Positions 27,070 through 40,400 of a DNA stretch of 64,000 bases are shown one piece after another. The stretch is from assembly GCA_020137815.1 (NCBI GenBank), contig CM035356.1, positions 620,001 to 684,000 on the forward strand, in the 5' to 3' direction. Position 1 is the first letter of the stretch. Every line of letters begins with the position of its first letter. Origin of the DNA: Hormiphora californensis (Eukaryota; Animalia; Ctenophora). The notes under the pieces are model-generated. The model worked only from the letters and a program-made list of their open reading frames with translations, was not told where the DNA came from and did not search any database. A program made the position numbers and the translations under genes.

Positions 27070-30000
27070 TTAACTAGAGCCCAATTTGTCCAGTACCCTT
27101 GTTCCCTTCTCCTGATACTCCTCCCTCGTCATCCAGAATGTGTCATTGTTTTTCATAATGTCCGCTAGCACACTACCTCCATCAAATACAAGATGCTTCC
27201 GTCGGGGCGGATCTTCAATTCGAATCTTGAATTTCTGAGGAGAGAGATGCGTAAGGTGCGAGCTGACCATGGATGTTATAACTTATAATGGAAGAGAGAT
27301 ATAAGGTTGAGGGATGTTATAAACCCTTGTTGAGCCACAGGAAAAATACAAAACAGATGGAGATTGGTCGGTTGACAAACATTAGAAACTCACACTAAGT
27401 CGGTTGACATCACCCTTGAGAACTCTCTCCAGATACAGCTGCTTGATTTCTCTTTCCAACCGAGATGGCATACCTGGGTACATGGTACTACCTCCACTGA
27501 GTACGATGTGTTTGTAAAGTGCAGACCGGGGTTTTAAAATTTCGCTCCCTTTTGGGGAGAGAGATGGAATTGGGTTTTAAATTTAGAATTGGTTTTGGGT
27601 TTTTGGGGCCAGGGGGTAGGGGAAAAATTAAGAAATAGCAAAGCAAAGTTAGGTACTTTTTTAGAGAAGTTGAAAGGGGAGTTGATCCCTGAAAGTGTTA
27701 AAAAAGGAAACTCACCCAACCCCTTTTTCTCTCTTCCTAAAAGATAAAGGTTGGAACATAGCCTCGGGGGCCCACTCCCTAAAGCCCCCAAACTTGAAAA
27801 CCTCGCCCTTTGGGTAGCGGGGGGGGGAAAAAGGAAGTTTGAGGGGGATAAGGAAAAACCCCCCCCATAAAGTACATGAAAGGGAGGGCAGCTGAAGAGG
27901 ATAGTAAGAGGGGGGAGTTTTAAAAAAAACCCCACACATTTGGTAAAGTGACATTTGGGGAGACCCAGGTCACACAAAAACAAAATGAACTTTTAGGGCT
28001 CTTATATCTCTTATATCTAACGACTAACACACCACATTTACACATTCAATGTGTCACATTGTAACAAGACACAACAAATCCCAGTGTTATAAAAACCTTT
28101 TGTTTTTGGGTTTTTAATTAACCGTGTACGATTAAACCCTTTTAAAGTAGTGTCTTTAAACCAAAATTTTTTCCGCTTGGGTGATATCGATGCAAAAAAA
28201 AAGGGGCCCTTTTTTTTTTTCCCCGTTTTTTGGTTAAAGGGCCCCCGGGGGAAAAACATAGGGGAGCAGAAAATATGGGGGGAAAAAGGGGGTTATTTTG
28301 GGACGGGTGTTTGGGGGAAAGGGTGTATGGGGTAACGGGCCAACTTTAAAAGTTTTTAAATTAGCGGAAAGGAAAGGGGTGTGCTATTGATAAATTTTTT
28401 TAAAAAAATTGGAGGGAAAAGAAAAAAAGGTTGAAATTACTTCCCGGAATGGGGTTGTTTGAGATATAGTTTTGTGGGGGGTGGAAATGAAAGGGAGGAT
28501 GGGGGAAAAAAACCCCAGGTTCTTAACCCCCCTTCAAAAAACCTTGGGGGGGGTTCCCGGGAAAATTTTTCCTCCACCCCGTTTTCCCCAATCTTCTTTA
28601 ATTCCGGCAAATTTTTTTTATAAACAATTCCTCCCCCTCTCCCCCCCCTTTCCCCCAAATCCCTTTCCTTCCTTTTTTTCTCTCCCTTCCTCCTCTTTCT
28701 CTTCTTTCCTTTCCTTTACTTTTCACCCCCCCCCCTCCCCCTCTCTCCCTCTCTTTTCGCCCCCTCCTCTCTCTCTCTCCCCCTCTCTTTTCCCCCTCTC
28801 TCCCCTCCCCTTCTTCTTCTCCCCTTCTTTTCCTCCCCTTCTCTCTCTTCTTCTCTCTCTCTCCTCCCCTCGGTCTACAACACCCCACCACTCCCACAGG
28901 GGCCTTTAAGGCCCCATGGGGGGAAACGGGGTTTTAAATCCCCCCCCCCCGGGATCCTTTTTTGGAAATTTGGGGGCCCGGAGGGCCTGGGGAGTAAAGG
29001 TGGGGAGAAAAAGTACATAAGGGTATTTAAACAAGGTACAAAAGGGGTTTTTAAAGAAAAGAAAAAATTTATAACGGGGGGAAAAAGCTCATGGTGACGG
29101 AAAAAAAAGCCCTCCAAAATATCTGGAAAGAACCCCAAAACCATCTGGAACGGAGTCTAAGGGGGCCCAACTTATCGGGAACGGGAAAGGCAAAAATGTC
29201 TGAATCTAAAATCTAGGGAAACCTAGTGGCAAGGGAAAGGGGTTTAGAAAAGGTATAAATATAAATAAATTAAAAACCCAAATTTACAGGGGGGGACAGC
29301 TCAGGGGGTTTGTTTTAAAATTTTCGGGGAACTTTCCGGAGGTTTTTCCCCATCATTTTGAAGGGGACGATTTTTGGGTGGGGGGGGTTTTTTTTTTTTA
29401 AATTTGGCGGGTTATGGCAGTCAGGTACTTCTCCATTGGGGGGCTGCTCCCCCGGGGGCCCCGACACGATAGGGTTTGCCCGTGGTTTTTAATTTCCCCA
29501 AATTGGGTTTTTGGAGCCCCCTCCAAAAAAAAAGGGAATTCTTGGGTATTCTCAAATCTTTCCTTTCCCCCTGTCCGAACGGGACCTGTTTTTTGGTACA
29601 GCGACGTCGATCAGTATCGCTTCCTTCTTTTTTTTGTCTAGAAGGCCCAAGTCGGGTTTTACATGCCGGAGGGGGTTTCCCCCTGTATGGGGAACCCCCC
29701 CAGGGGACTTCGTTCTCTTTCCCTCGAGCACTTTTCTGCATAGGGGCCCCAAACCATTTTTGTTTCCCACAGGAAATCCGAGTCTTTGCCACCCCATGGT
29801 AGGGGGGCCCAGAAACTCGATCGTGGTGTGGGGTTATAGTCTCCTTTGGCGAGTTTCGGGGCATCCGTTTTAGGAGGTGTTCCCCGATCGTTGTGTTCTT
29901 TTACAGATAGGGCACTTCCATTCACTCCTTGCTCTTTCTCTATGGAAAGTTTAAAAATCCAGTTCGTGCAAAATGGCTTGATGGGGGGGCCGAAAATTTA

Positions 30001-33000
30001 CATGGGCTTCGGTATTTTGTTTGAGGCTCTCTTTTTTTTGAGCCGGGCCCCGGGTTAACCCCAGGGTGGCCCCCCCCCTTCTTCCATTTTGTTTCGGAAA
30101 TCTTCCATTTTAGCATTTTGCTCTTCCATTTCTCTCCAAAGTTCCCCCTTTGTAATTTTTTCCTTCAGGGCTTCTCTCTTCTGGGGGCCCCGTGAGCAAT
30201 CCTCAGTCTGCTTCGCCTTGGGGAGGGCAGATCTTGGGGTCCGTGGCCCTTGGTGAAGAATGCACGAGCCCCTGTCTCTTCCTTCCCCGACATCTTCAAC
30301 CCCGCGGAGACCCCTTCCCCCCAGTTTCCTGCAAAAAATTACAGCCGGTCAATGTAAAGGTTGCTCTTGATGACCCTTTTCTCAGGTTTCCCTATTTCTC
30401 ATATCTATCCACTGGTTTGGGAAGTGGACCAGCCCAGTTTTTTCCGGCCCCCGAACGGATCACGGTATTGCCCAGTTTGATGCGTGTGGGGGTTCTTGCC
30501 TTGCGGGCTCGAGGACAGTAGTTTTTTTTAAAAACTCTCATGTATTCAGTTTTGCCCTTTTGTTTTCATTTTTTGATAAGAATACGGTAAACCCCCAGGA
30601 TCCCGAGTTTTAAATGCCCCCCAATCTTCCCCCTTTCGGGTTTTCCCTGTCTCCCTTTGGGGAGGCTTTTTTCCCCGCACCGACTTCTGACCCCGTCCAA
30701 AATGTCAGAGCCCGCATTTGGGACAAACCAAAGGACATTTTGATTCAGTGCAAAACTTCCAGTGACTGCTAAGACCCTGCTGAAGGTCCTTTTTTTTGAG
30801 CTGGAAACCAGTTTAAAGTTTCCCAGTATGGGGGGGGGTGGTTAATACTAATATCGGTATCTAGACCCCTTTCTGGGTTGTTTTATGGTTAGCCTTTTTC
30901 CTTTGGGTTTTTAGTTGGGACCCTGGAAAAGGGGGGATCGGGCCCGAAATAAATTGAATGGGGAGGGGCCGGTCTTTTGGGAAAGAGGGCCTCTCTTGGG
31001 GGTTTATTTGGTTAAGGCGACCCAGTTGGACTTTTTAACCAACACACGTTGGAACGATGATTCAAATGGTGGGATTATCTAAAGGGTTATCTGACATCCC
31101 CTTTTACTTAGGATCCAAGTGGGGAATAGAGTCAATGCCTTTTGATAGTCGTTTTGTGGGGACTATACAGAGAAAACTTTTTTACGTTTGAAAGACGTGG
31201 GATAATTTTGGGTCGATTGCAAACTTTTCTTTACATCCCCTGTTTCTTCTTGGGGAAACCCCTTTTTGCTTTTCAGGGAAGAGCCTTTTTCCGTCGGGGT
31301 GGGGTAATTTTCTCTTCACGCTTCCTGTTATAACTTAGGGGTTTTGGGAGGGGGTTTAGGGGTCTGAATTTCCCCGGATCGCTCATTCCTTTCTTGGGGT
31401 TTTTCATCAGGGGATTTTTCCTCCCTTCAGTCACCCCTCCGGGGCCTGGCGTAAAAATTTTCATTGAGCAGCTAGCTATCCGTAAAAGGGAAAAGTTTTT
31501 GTGCTTGATCCAAAAGGGCCCTTTGCAGGGCCATCTAAAACCGGGGGGACGCCCATTTGGGGCTTCCCCTTCACAGGGGGAAACACTTTTCCGTGGGGAT
31601 CGGGAAATTTCCTCGGGGCTGGGTTGCCCCGCCTAAAAGTTTCCCCTTGGATGTATCAAACCCACCCCGCTTCAGTGTTGGGGCCCGACGTAAATTTCCC
31701 CAATTTTGGTTTTTCCCAAGTTTTAAGTTCCCCGTCTGGTCCTTGGTTTAGATTCAGGGGGGTAGGGGTCGGGATCCTCGTTTCTCCAATTTTTCGGGAA
31801 AGTTGCGCTGGTTTTTCTAAAAACGGTTTTTGTCACCCAAGGTTTTGCTGCTTCTTCTTGGATCGTCTTTCTTTCCGGCCTTCGCTAGCAAACTCTGTTT
31901 GACCTCCTCTATTACTTTCTTTTAGCCCCCTTCTTGGGCAAGGGGTGGGATCTTCAAATGTATCTATTTTAAACTAGATATTTTCGAGGGAAAATTAAAT
32001 TTTTGCGATTCGATCAAAATTTTCTATTTTTGCGATTTTAATTTTTTGCTAACCCCTGCTACCCCCCTTCCCCGGGCCCCAGTTATTGTCTAAAAAAACG
32101 CCCAAAATTTTGGGAGTCATCATTTTCCATGAACACCAACCTGCTTGGCGTTTGACCAATGGAAGGGGGCATTTTCTCATTGCTGATTGGCCCCTAAAAG
32201 ATACCCAAAAAAAGGGGTGAGACAGAAAAAAGGGTCAATTTAATTTGGTTTCAAATCCTACTGAATCCCTTGTCACATACCAAATTTTGCACGATTTTTG
32301 TAAAAAAACGTCCAAAATATTTTTTGCGGGAAATTTAAATTTTTTCCCGGGTTTTTCCCGCCAAAAAAAAAAGGCGAAAATAAAAAACTCCAAAGAAAAT
32401 ATTAATTTTTTCAGTAGTTTGGAATTCTGGGTGGTCCCCTGTAAATTTTGGTCAGCCTGGATGGTCTGAGCAATTTTGGGAACACTTTTTTTAAATCGGG
32501 GCAGCCACATCGGGCTTGTTTTTTCTGGGGAGGGTTTCTGGTATTTTAAATAGGTTTTCCCACTGCCCCTTGGGGCTCCCGGCCCCCGGGGTACAGCCAT
32601 CATAGTTTGGGTTCAAAAGGGTAAGGTCTGGGGTTTCCCAAAAAATTGATTTCCCCGGGTGGGGGTGGTCCTTGCCACTCGTTTTTCCCCCAGGGGGCGG
32701 GCCCCCGGGCCGTGACCCTTTTAAAGGCTTGGTTCCTTGATTAAATTTTTCTTGAACCCGCTCCCCGATTTCCGGGTTTTGGGATGGCCCTTTTTCCCTT
32801 CCATGGGTTTTTGGGGGGTTTAAAAGGGTTTTGGGGGTGGGTTTTTCTTCTAGCCAGCCCGTCGTGCCCCCTTCAGTTTTTTTTTCACGGGGGTAGGCCC
32901 CCTGTTTGATTTCCATCAGCTTCTGTGGTGAAAGGGGTTTCCCCACTGATTTTTAGATTCTAAATTTGGGGTCTTAAAAGGGTCATCATCTTCGAAAGGG

Positions 33001-35958
33001 GAGGGTTTTCTTTCCACCTTTTCCCCCACTTGGGGCCATACTCCTCCCCTTTTTTCCCGGGGGTGAGTACGAGTGGATGAAAAAAAGAGCGGGAATGTTC
33101 AAAAACAGTGGTCCCTTTTGTTTCCCTGGCGCTCTAGTGGGGGTGGTGGTGGGGGGGGGGGGTCGGTGTTCCCCCCTTGGCCAGGGGGGCCCGGGCCCGC
33201 AGGTTTTCATTTACCGGGGAGGTCCACTTGGGGGTTATTTTGGCCCGATTTTGCTGCCCTACCTTGGCTAGCCTTCCCCCTGATCAAACCCATTCTCCTT
33301 TCCGGTGTTCCATGTGTCCAATTTTTTCTTTTATCTTTAACTGGTTTAAGTTTGGAAACCCGGTTTAAGGGGGTTTTCCCCTTTTCTTCCCTAGGGGGTT
33401 TTGAGCCCCTTCCCGGAAAACCGGGTGGCCTGGGTTTTTTCGGCTGTAGTAGCCCCCCCGGGGGGGGCGGGGTTGGGTTTTTTATTTTTCTTTTGACCCA
33501 GGGCCCCCTTGGTTTAAGGGGGTTTGTACTAAAGTGAAAAGATGGTAATTTTGGGGGGGAGTTTCAAAAACCCAAACACTGTGATAAAATGTCATCGGTT
33601 TTTTGAAAAAGAGCCCCCGGTTTTTGGGGGGCTTAACACCCCGCCACCCGGTTTCAAAAGCGGTAAAAGAAACCCCCCCGCCACATTTTTGGGCCGTTTG
33701 TAGATGGGTTTTCCCCTCCCTCCTTTCAGCTTTTCAGCACCCAAACCCACACTTTCGCGTTTTTGGGGGTTTTGTATTTAATATGGGTAAAGCTCCGGGG
33801 AAGGGTTAAAAATATCCTCTCAGGGGCCCGGGTTTAAAATTTCCTTCAGGGCCGGGTTAAAATATCCTCTCAGGAACCGGGAAAAATCTTTTTGGGGGGG
33901 GGGGGGGGGGTAAAACCACCCCTAGGAACGGGGGAAAACTAAACCTCCGGAACGGGGGGCAAAATTTTCCCCTCGGAAATGGGTAACGTCCTCTTGGAAG
34001 GGGGGTAAAAACTATCCTTTTTCAGGGCCCGGGTTCTTTTCCCTCCCCAGGAAAAGGTAAACCCCAACATTTTTTTTGGGGGGGGGGGGGGGGGGGTAAA
34101 TACTATCCTCTCCAAGGGGAAACCCCCGGGGCCCCCCCAAAACCCCCCCCTTTCCGGAAAAAGGGGCTTTTCCCTTTCCTCTCTGGCGGGTAATCGATCC
34201 CCTGGAACGGGGTAAAAAATATCCTCTCAGGGACGGGGGGTTTTTGGTAAACCCCCCATTTTTCCGGGAAAAACAGGGGGGGGTTTAAAAATTTTCCTTT
34301 GGGGGGGGGGGGGGGGGGTAAAATTTCCCCTCCGGAAGGGGGGGTATTTTTTCCTCTCTGGGAAAAAGGGGAATCGATCTTTTCGGAACCCGGGGTAGTC
34401 CTTTTCCTCCCCGGGGGCGGGGGTTTAAAAAAATTGGTTTTGGGGGTTAAATGGAATTTAAAAACGGATTGGGTTTGTGGGGTTGAATAAAAGGGCATTT
34501 GGGGGGGCCCCCAGTTTGGGTGGAAAAATCCCGTTTTCCCTGGTAACCCTGAGCCGGGGAAAAGGGGGTAGGAACCCTAATATTTGGGGTCGTTACACTG
34601 TGGGCCGCCTAGCAAGAAATGTTTTTTTGGGGTTTTTGGATTTTTTGATTTTTTTTTTTTATTTTTAATACAAAGCCACGCTCAGCGCGGCCAAAAACGG
34701 GGCCTGGAAAACGGGGAAAAGGGGGAAAAGGGGGGGGGAAAAAGGGACTCCTTGTGACCCCGTTTTCCCGGGGGAAACCGATTGGAGGGGTGGGAGGTGG
34801 GGCCAAATCCCCCCCTTTCGGCGCGGTTCTCCAAGGGGGACACCAAATGCGCTCCAAAACTCGCCCCGGCCAACGGCGCACGAGTGAAGGAAAATGCCGA
34901 AATAAAAATTTTTGGGAAAAGCTTCACGAAATTTGGGGGTCATTCTCGGGGCCCCCCTTTTTTTCCTTCCCCGGGCCTCTCTTTCTTTTCTTCTTTCTTC
35001 TTCCCTCCCCTCCCTCCCTTTCTCTAATTCCCCTTTCCCAATGGTCTCTTTTTTTTTTTCCCTGTCTCTCCCTTTGGTTCCTCTCCTTTTCTTTTTTTCC
35101 TTACCTCTTCCCCTTTCACCCCCTATCCCCCTTTTCCCCCCCACGGGTTTTCATTTCCTTTTCTCCCCTCTTCCTCCTTTAATCTTTTTTCTTCCCTAAA
35201 CTTTTGGTTTTTTAGAAAAACCCTTTCTCCTGTTTCGGGCCTTTTTTTCTGCCCAAAAACCTCCCCTTTGTTTGTCTTGGCCCCAAAAGGGGGGTCTCGA
35301 TTTTGGGTTTTGTTTTAACTCTCTCCCCCTTTTCCGGGGGGATCTTGGCCCTTTGAGGGGGGTTCCCGTTAAAAGGGTTTTGGATTTTTTTGGTTTAATT
35401 TTTTTTTTCTTGTTTCCCTTTTCTTCTTCTCCTATTTTCCAAATCCTTTTCCTTTTTTTTTCCCAAAAAAACTTCCCCCCCCTGGGGCACCCAAAAACCA
35501 ACACAAAGGTTCCCTTTTTGGGGAAAGGGGCAACAAGGTTTGGGAAAGATCCAACCCTAAAAACCCTTTTAAAACAAATCTTAATTTTTAAAAAAGAATT
35601 TTAAAAAAATTAAAACCTTGGTTTAAACCCCTTATTTCAAAGTCCCCAATTTTTCACTAACCGGATTTTTTTTGTCCCCCCCCAAAAAGGGTCCATTTCT
35701 GGGAATTCTCCCCCTAAACCCCTTTTTTCCCCTTTCCTTGGGGTTTTGGGTGGTTTTGTTAACAATTTTTATTTTTTTCAATTTTTTTGGAAAAAAAGGC
35801 CAAAAATCCTACCCCCTTTTTCAAATTTTTAGGGAGGTTTAAAAAGGACAAATGTTTTAAAACCCAACCCAACACCAAGGGTTTCAATTTTGACTCAAAA
35901 ACCCCCCTTCCAATTTTCAAATTTTTAAAATAAAAGCCCACTCTCCTCCTCTCTGTCG

Positions 35959-36017
<59 letters not shown>

Positions 36018-36902
36018 CTCCCCTCTCTCACCACACTATGCGACACAACGCATAATGCTCGACACGGAAGTGTTACCTTGTGCATAGAGCGTCAACACAG
36101 CCTGAATGGAAATGTACACTCCTTTGAATCCGTATTCTTCAAACATAATCTGAAGTAAAAAGAGATGTTAGAAATGCAATGCATACTTCTCAGCATGTAC
36201 AGAGCCCTTCATAATTCATGTCCACAATGAACACATAACTTTGTATGTACATTGTACAAGAAGGGCTCTCGATTTCTGATTTGAATTACATACCTCTACC
36301 ATCTTTTCCCGGTTGCTCTTGGGATTTAGAGGAGGTTCTGTTAACAGTACTTTTGCATTTTTTGTATCAATCTTCATTTTATCATAAAATGTATGTGACC
36401 ACAAGTGCTTCATATCGTCCCATGATTTGACAACTCCATTTTCCATTGGGTATTTGATTTCCAACATCTGTCGACACTGTGCAGCCTCATCACCAATCAT
36501 CAGGTCCTGGGGAAGGTTCAGATCAATTGTTGGAACATCAACATAATCTATCAACAATATCATTTAATTATTTACAGTAATGACACTAAATTAAAACCTG
36601 GTGTTTTACCTTAATTTCAATGTCGCCCACTTTAGCACTAGACCGGATGATGGGTCGTCCCACCATGGCTGGGAACACATGCTCTGGGAAGTTCTTCCCC
36701 GCATGACCACACTTTACGTACTGAATGGGTGGTATTGTTGTTATTCAATCTGATTTCCAATATTTGACAATAGCAAATCCTACCCTTACATTTTAGAGGA
36801 GGTTAGGAACAGAGACAAATCGTTAAAACAACAACACTGTGTTTCATTACTCACCCCAGTTCCATTATCGGAGACTATGACATGATTCCCATCATTGTCC
36901 AT
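27070..36902 (-). CDS. ACTR2: Actin-related protein 2 (Arp2/3 complex)
   Basis: Clean exons: [16 protein letters not shown] (36902-36855), [27 protein letters not shown]...EIK (36720-36610), DLMIGDEA...LLTEPPLNP (36506-36294), IMFEEYGF...[11 protein letters not shown] (36150-~36077), ...[36 protein letters not shown] (~27530-27398), [14 protein letters not shown]...* (27234-27070). The middle exons (~28985, ~28130-28260, ~27720-27810) are recognisable but corrupted. Confidence 0.95.
29300..32900 (-). mobile_element. Non-LTR retrotransposon with RT and restriction-like endonuclease (R4/Dong-like) in an Arp2 intron; sequence corrupted, ends approximate
   Basis: Minus-strand remnants: DYQKA(F)DSIPH RT motif (~31120-31150), PKLAKxDY..HDRV zinc-knuckle/RHD region (~29815-29865), [22 protein letters not shown] RLE motif (~29595-29660). 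Confidence 0.7.
33790..34420. repeat. Degraded ~30-bp tandem repeat (cctcaggaaccgggtaaaatatcct-like)
   Basis: Recurrent aaatatcctctcagg...cggg units inside the corrupted block. Confidence 0.5.
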
Positions 36903-36939
36903 AGCCTAGAGTGAAGATTGTTTAGCTAGTTACGAAATA

Positions 36940-37175
36940 TTACAAGATTACAAGATTACAAATAAGTTTTACTATACATAACAAATGAATACAACGCACT
37001 CAGCAGAGCTTCCGCGTAATAAAATGATATGCCCTATATGAGTGAACTACTTCCCCTCAGTGAGCAGGGCAACAAGGGAGTTATCTCTAGGGCTCGAGTA
37101 TCCTCTGACAGGTGGAAAGTCTGGTATGGTAGCAAGGAAGTCTCCAAGTGTGACTTTTAGGTTCTCGAAAGAAAG
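36940..37175 (-). mobile_element. CR1/L2-like LINE 3' fragment immediately upstream of the Arp2 ATG
   Basis: FENLKVTLGDFLATIPDFPPVRGYSSPRDNSL matches the ORF2 C-terminus. Tandem tail (tacaagat)n at 36941-36960. Confidence 0.75.
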
Positions 37176-37489
37176 TATGTACAGCGAAGTTTGCCGTCCT
37201 GATTGTAGAGTTAATGTCGTTTCTCTAAAGTTTCAAACGAAAGCCTAAGAACCAATCATTGCACTGCCTTCACTCGATATCTCCATATCTTATAGTTATT
37301 CTTTGGACAAAGACAAAGCCTCGATCTAATCAATGATCAATTGTACCAAAAAACACGGACAAAACAAAAAGCGAATCTAAAATAAGAGTGCGAAGTGCCT
37401 GTCACCCGCGAGGTGATCTCACTTTTCAGTAAAACTTGATAAACTTGATAAATAAACTTCATTACAGAATCGTAAACGGTGTCAGTCTT

Positions 37490-40400
37490 TCAGCATCCCC
37501 CTTTTGCTCGAACCTCCAAAACCCAGTCCATGATAGAATTGTTGTTCCGGGTAGAATAACCCTTCACAGGTGGATTGTCAGGGAAGTGGTCCAGCCAACG
37601 GCCCAGCAGGATCTTGAACGTGTCTAAGGTCACTGCTGTATTAACCTCTTTCGGTAATGTGTTCCATAACCGAGCGGCCCTCACAGTAAAGGAGTGGAAG
37701 TATTTTGTTGAGAATGACTTCTGTGCTCCACTGTATAGGGTAGGTACCTCAGCTCGGATGCCGAGCCGTTGATGATGGTAAAACCGGGTATTCGTGCTGT
37801 TTGGTGCTGCACCATTATAGATTTTCCACATTTGTATTATCGTATATCGCTCCCTGCGACGTTGCAATGACATCAGTCTTAACATTTTCAGCCTTTCCCA
37901 ATAGTCAAACTGTGCCATGTTTTCGATCCTTCTGGTGAACTGTCTCTGGATACTTTCCAGAGCTTGAATGTCCCCAATCTTGTAGGGGGACCAGAGGGGA
38001 GAACAGTATTCTACTTTGCACCTTATAAGTGACTTGTAGAGTGTCAGCATAGTGGTGACTGATCTGTCCTTAAACGCTCTCAGTGCCCAGGCAGCCATCC
38101 TTCGTGCTTCTGAAGAAATCCTCATGACATGGTCTGTCCAAGAGCCACTGTTTGAGAGAATGATGCCAAGGTCTTTCACAGTATCCGCTGGTTGTATTTC
38201 GTTGCCGGCTGGTGTCTCGTAAGAGCTGAACTCATGAGTGAAAGGCAGTTCCCGTAGAAGGAATGTTTTATTCAGGGTGTAGTGAATGACTTCAAACTTG
38301 TCCTCGTGGAGTGTCATACAATTGGCTGCCGACCATTCCACCACCCGCTGAAGATCCTCTTGCATTTCTGCCCCTGATGTTTCCGAGTTGACGCTCTTTT
38401 GGAGTTTTGTATCATCCGCAAAGGTTCTGATTTTACTGTGTATCACTTGGCTTTGGAGATCAGCTACGTAGATGATAAAAAGGATTGGTCCAAGTACAGT
38501 CCCTTGAGGGACCCCGCTTTTAACTAGCTCAAAGTTCGATTTTTCACCGTCAACAGTAACTGTTTGGTACCGACCAGTAAGGAAGTCTTTTATCCACCTT
38601 AGTACTTTCCCTCTAATGCCTAGCTTTTCTAGCTTGGCGATGAGAATGGTATGGTTGACACGGTCGAAGGCTTTTGAATAGTCCAAATAAATAACATCAA
38701 CTTCGTTCCCGCTGTTTAGCTCTCGAAAAATTCCATCCATGTGATCGAGTAGCTGTGTGAGGCAGCTCCGTTGCTTCCTGAATCCATGTTGGCTATCTGG
38801 TATGAGGTTGTTACTTTCCAGGTGTTCCACCAACTTGTTTCGTACAACTCGCTCAAATGTTTTCAGCAAGTTAGAAGTCAACGAGACAGGGCGGTAGTTA
38901 ACAGCGAGAGTTTTATCACCACGTTTGAAGATTGGTGTGATGTACTGTTTTTTGAGGTTAGGGGGTGTTATTCCTTCTTCGAAGGATCGCTCCCAAAGAA
39001 GAAAGAGTGGTACAGCGAGAGTGGTTTTACAAGCACTGAGAATTCTAGCAGGGATGTCACCATCTGGTCCAGCAGAAGTAGGATCAAGCTCAGAGAGAGC
39101 TCCTTTGATGTCCTCAGAGGTAAAAATGAAATCCTCTAAAATCGCAACACTATCCTCAACCCAAGATAGACTTTTCAGCAAGTCTCCACCGTCTGGGTCA
39201 CTAAAGGCACGGCAGTACTGTTTTTGCAAAAGTTCCGCCTTTTCAGTATTATCCGTGGTGAGTGTTCCGTCATCACGTTTGAGGGGGGCGACGTTCGATT
39301 TAACTTTTGAAAGTCGTTTAGCGTAGGAGAAGAAATATCGTGGGTTCTCCTTGATCGTCTTAATGGCGCTGTGTTCCTTCTTTTCGATTGATTCATCTAC
39401 AGCGTTCTGTATCTTGTCCTCAAGTGCTGTGAGTTCGTCTTGGAGTTCTTCAGTTTTTGAGATGTTAACGTTGACAGAAGACATTGCTCCAAGTCTTGCT
39501 TTTAACTTCCGCCTTCTCCTTTTCAGTGGTTCCAAGGGGCTGATTTTCCTCCGCTGAATCTTCTGAGGGGTGTGTTTGATGGTGATTTGCAAAACGGTTA
39601 GGATGAAAAGTTCTTTGAATTTGTCACCAACAGGGTCTCCAGACTCTTCACATAATGTCTGCAGTTCGTCCCAATCAACAGAAGCAATGTCCACATTCAT
39701 CTCTTCAAAATTGGCTTTTTGAATGTCCAACCCTCGGAAACTCATGTGGTCCCACTTTTTGATGGTGTCTGCTGTCTCCATTAGGGGGTTTATCACCAGG
39801 GTACAGTCAACTATTCTGTGGTCAGAGATCTTCGTCTCTTCGGTTGTCACAGTTGATACGTATTGTGGTGAGTTGGTCATTACAACATCCAGAATATTGT
39901 TGCCTCTGGTTGGTTTGTCTACGACCTGTGTCAGGAAATTTTCCTCGATGAAGTTTACAGTTCGTTGATAGGCTGCTATGTTAGCAGCAGCTGACGGTAG
40001 GGATTCTTCTTTCCAGTTGAACAATGGCAAGTTTAGATCGCCCATGATAAACATTTCAGGGCTCCTTTCATTGGACAGGAGATCAATTTTATCTTGGAGA
40101 TCGTTCATAACTGTGATGAAGGACTGGTCAGATGATTCAGGGGGACGGTAAACACAGGAAAACAACATGTTTTTAGCTTTACTAAAAGCCAATACCAGAC
40201 TGCATTCTCGGTCACTGAATGAGTATGCATAGCTGACCGGGATGTCCTCACGAATGTATAGAACACAACCTCCTCCTTTCCGGTCAGGACGGTCAGAACG
40301 GAAGGTGCTGTATCCCTGCATTTTGATTTGGGCGTCTGCAATGTAGTTTTTTAACCATGACTCAGTTATTGCAAGGGCAACTGTTGGTGGTGAGTTTGGG

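Larger units (their letters stand above)
27530..35940. other. Homopolymer-inflated low-quality sequence (probable assembly/consensus artefact)
   Basis: Abrupt switch to long G/C/A/T runs. Arp2 exons and former (TC)n tracts (28630-28870, 34960-35200) inside it are garbled, while the flanking exons are intact. Confidence 0.85.

Noticed and set aside
27534-35940. Dozens of G/P/K/F-rich ORFs on both strands
   Set aside because: Products of homopolymer-inflated sequence, with no coherent domains beyond the Arp2 and retrotransposon remnants
27070-36902. Arp2 as a pseudogene
   Set aside because: Damage is confined to the low-quality block; the flanking exons and splice sites are intact
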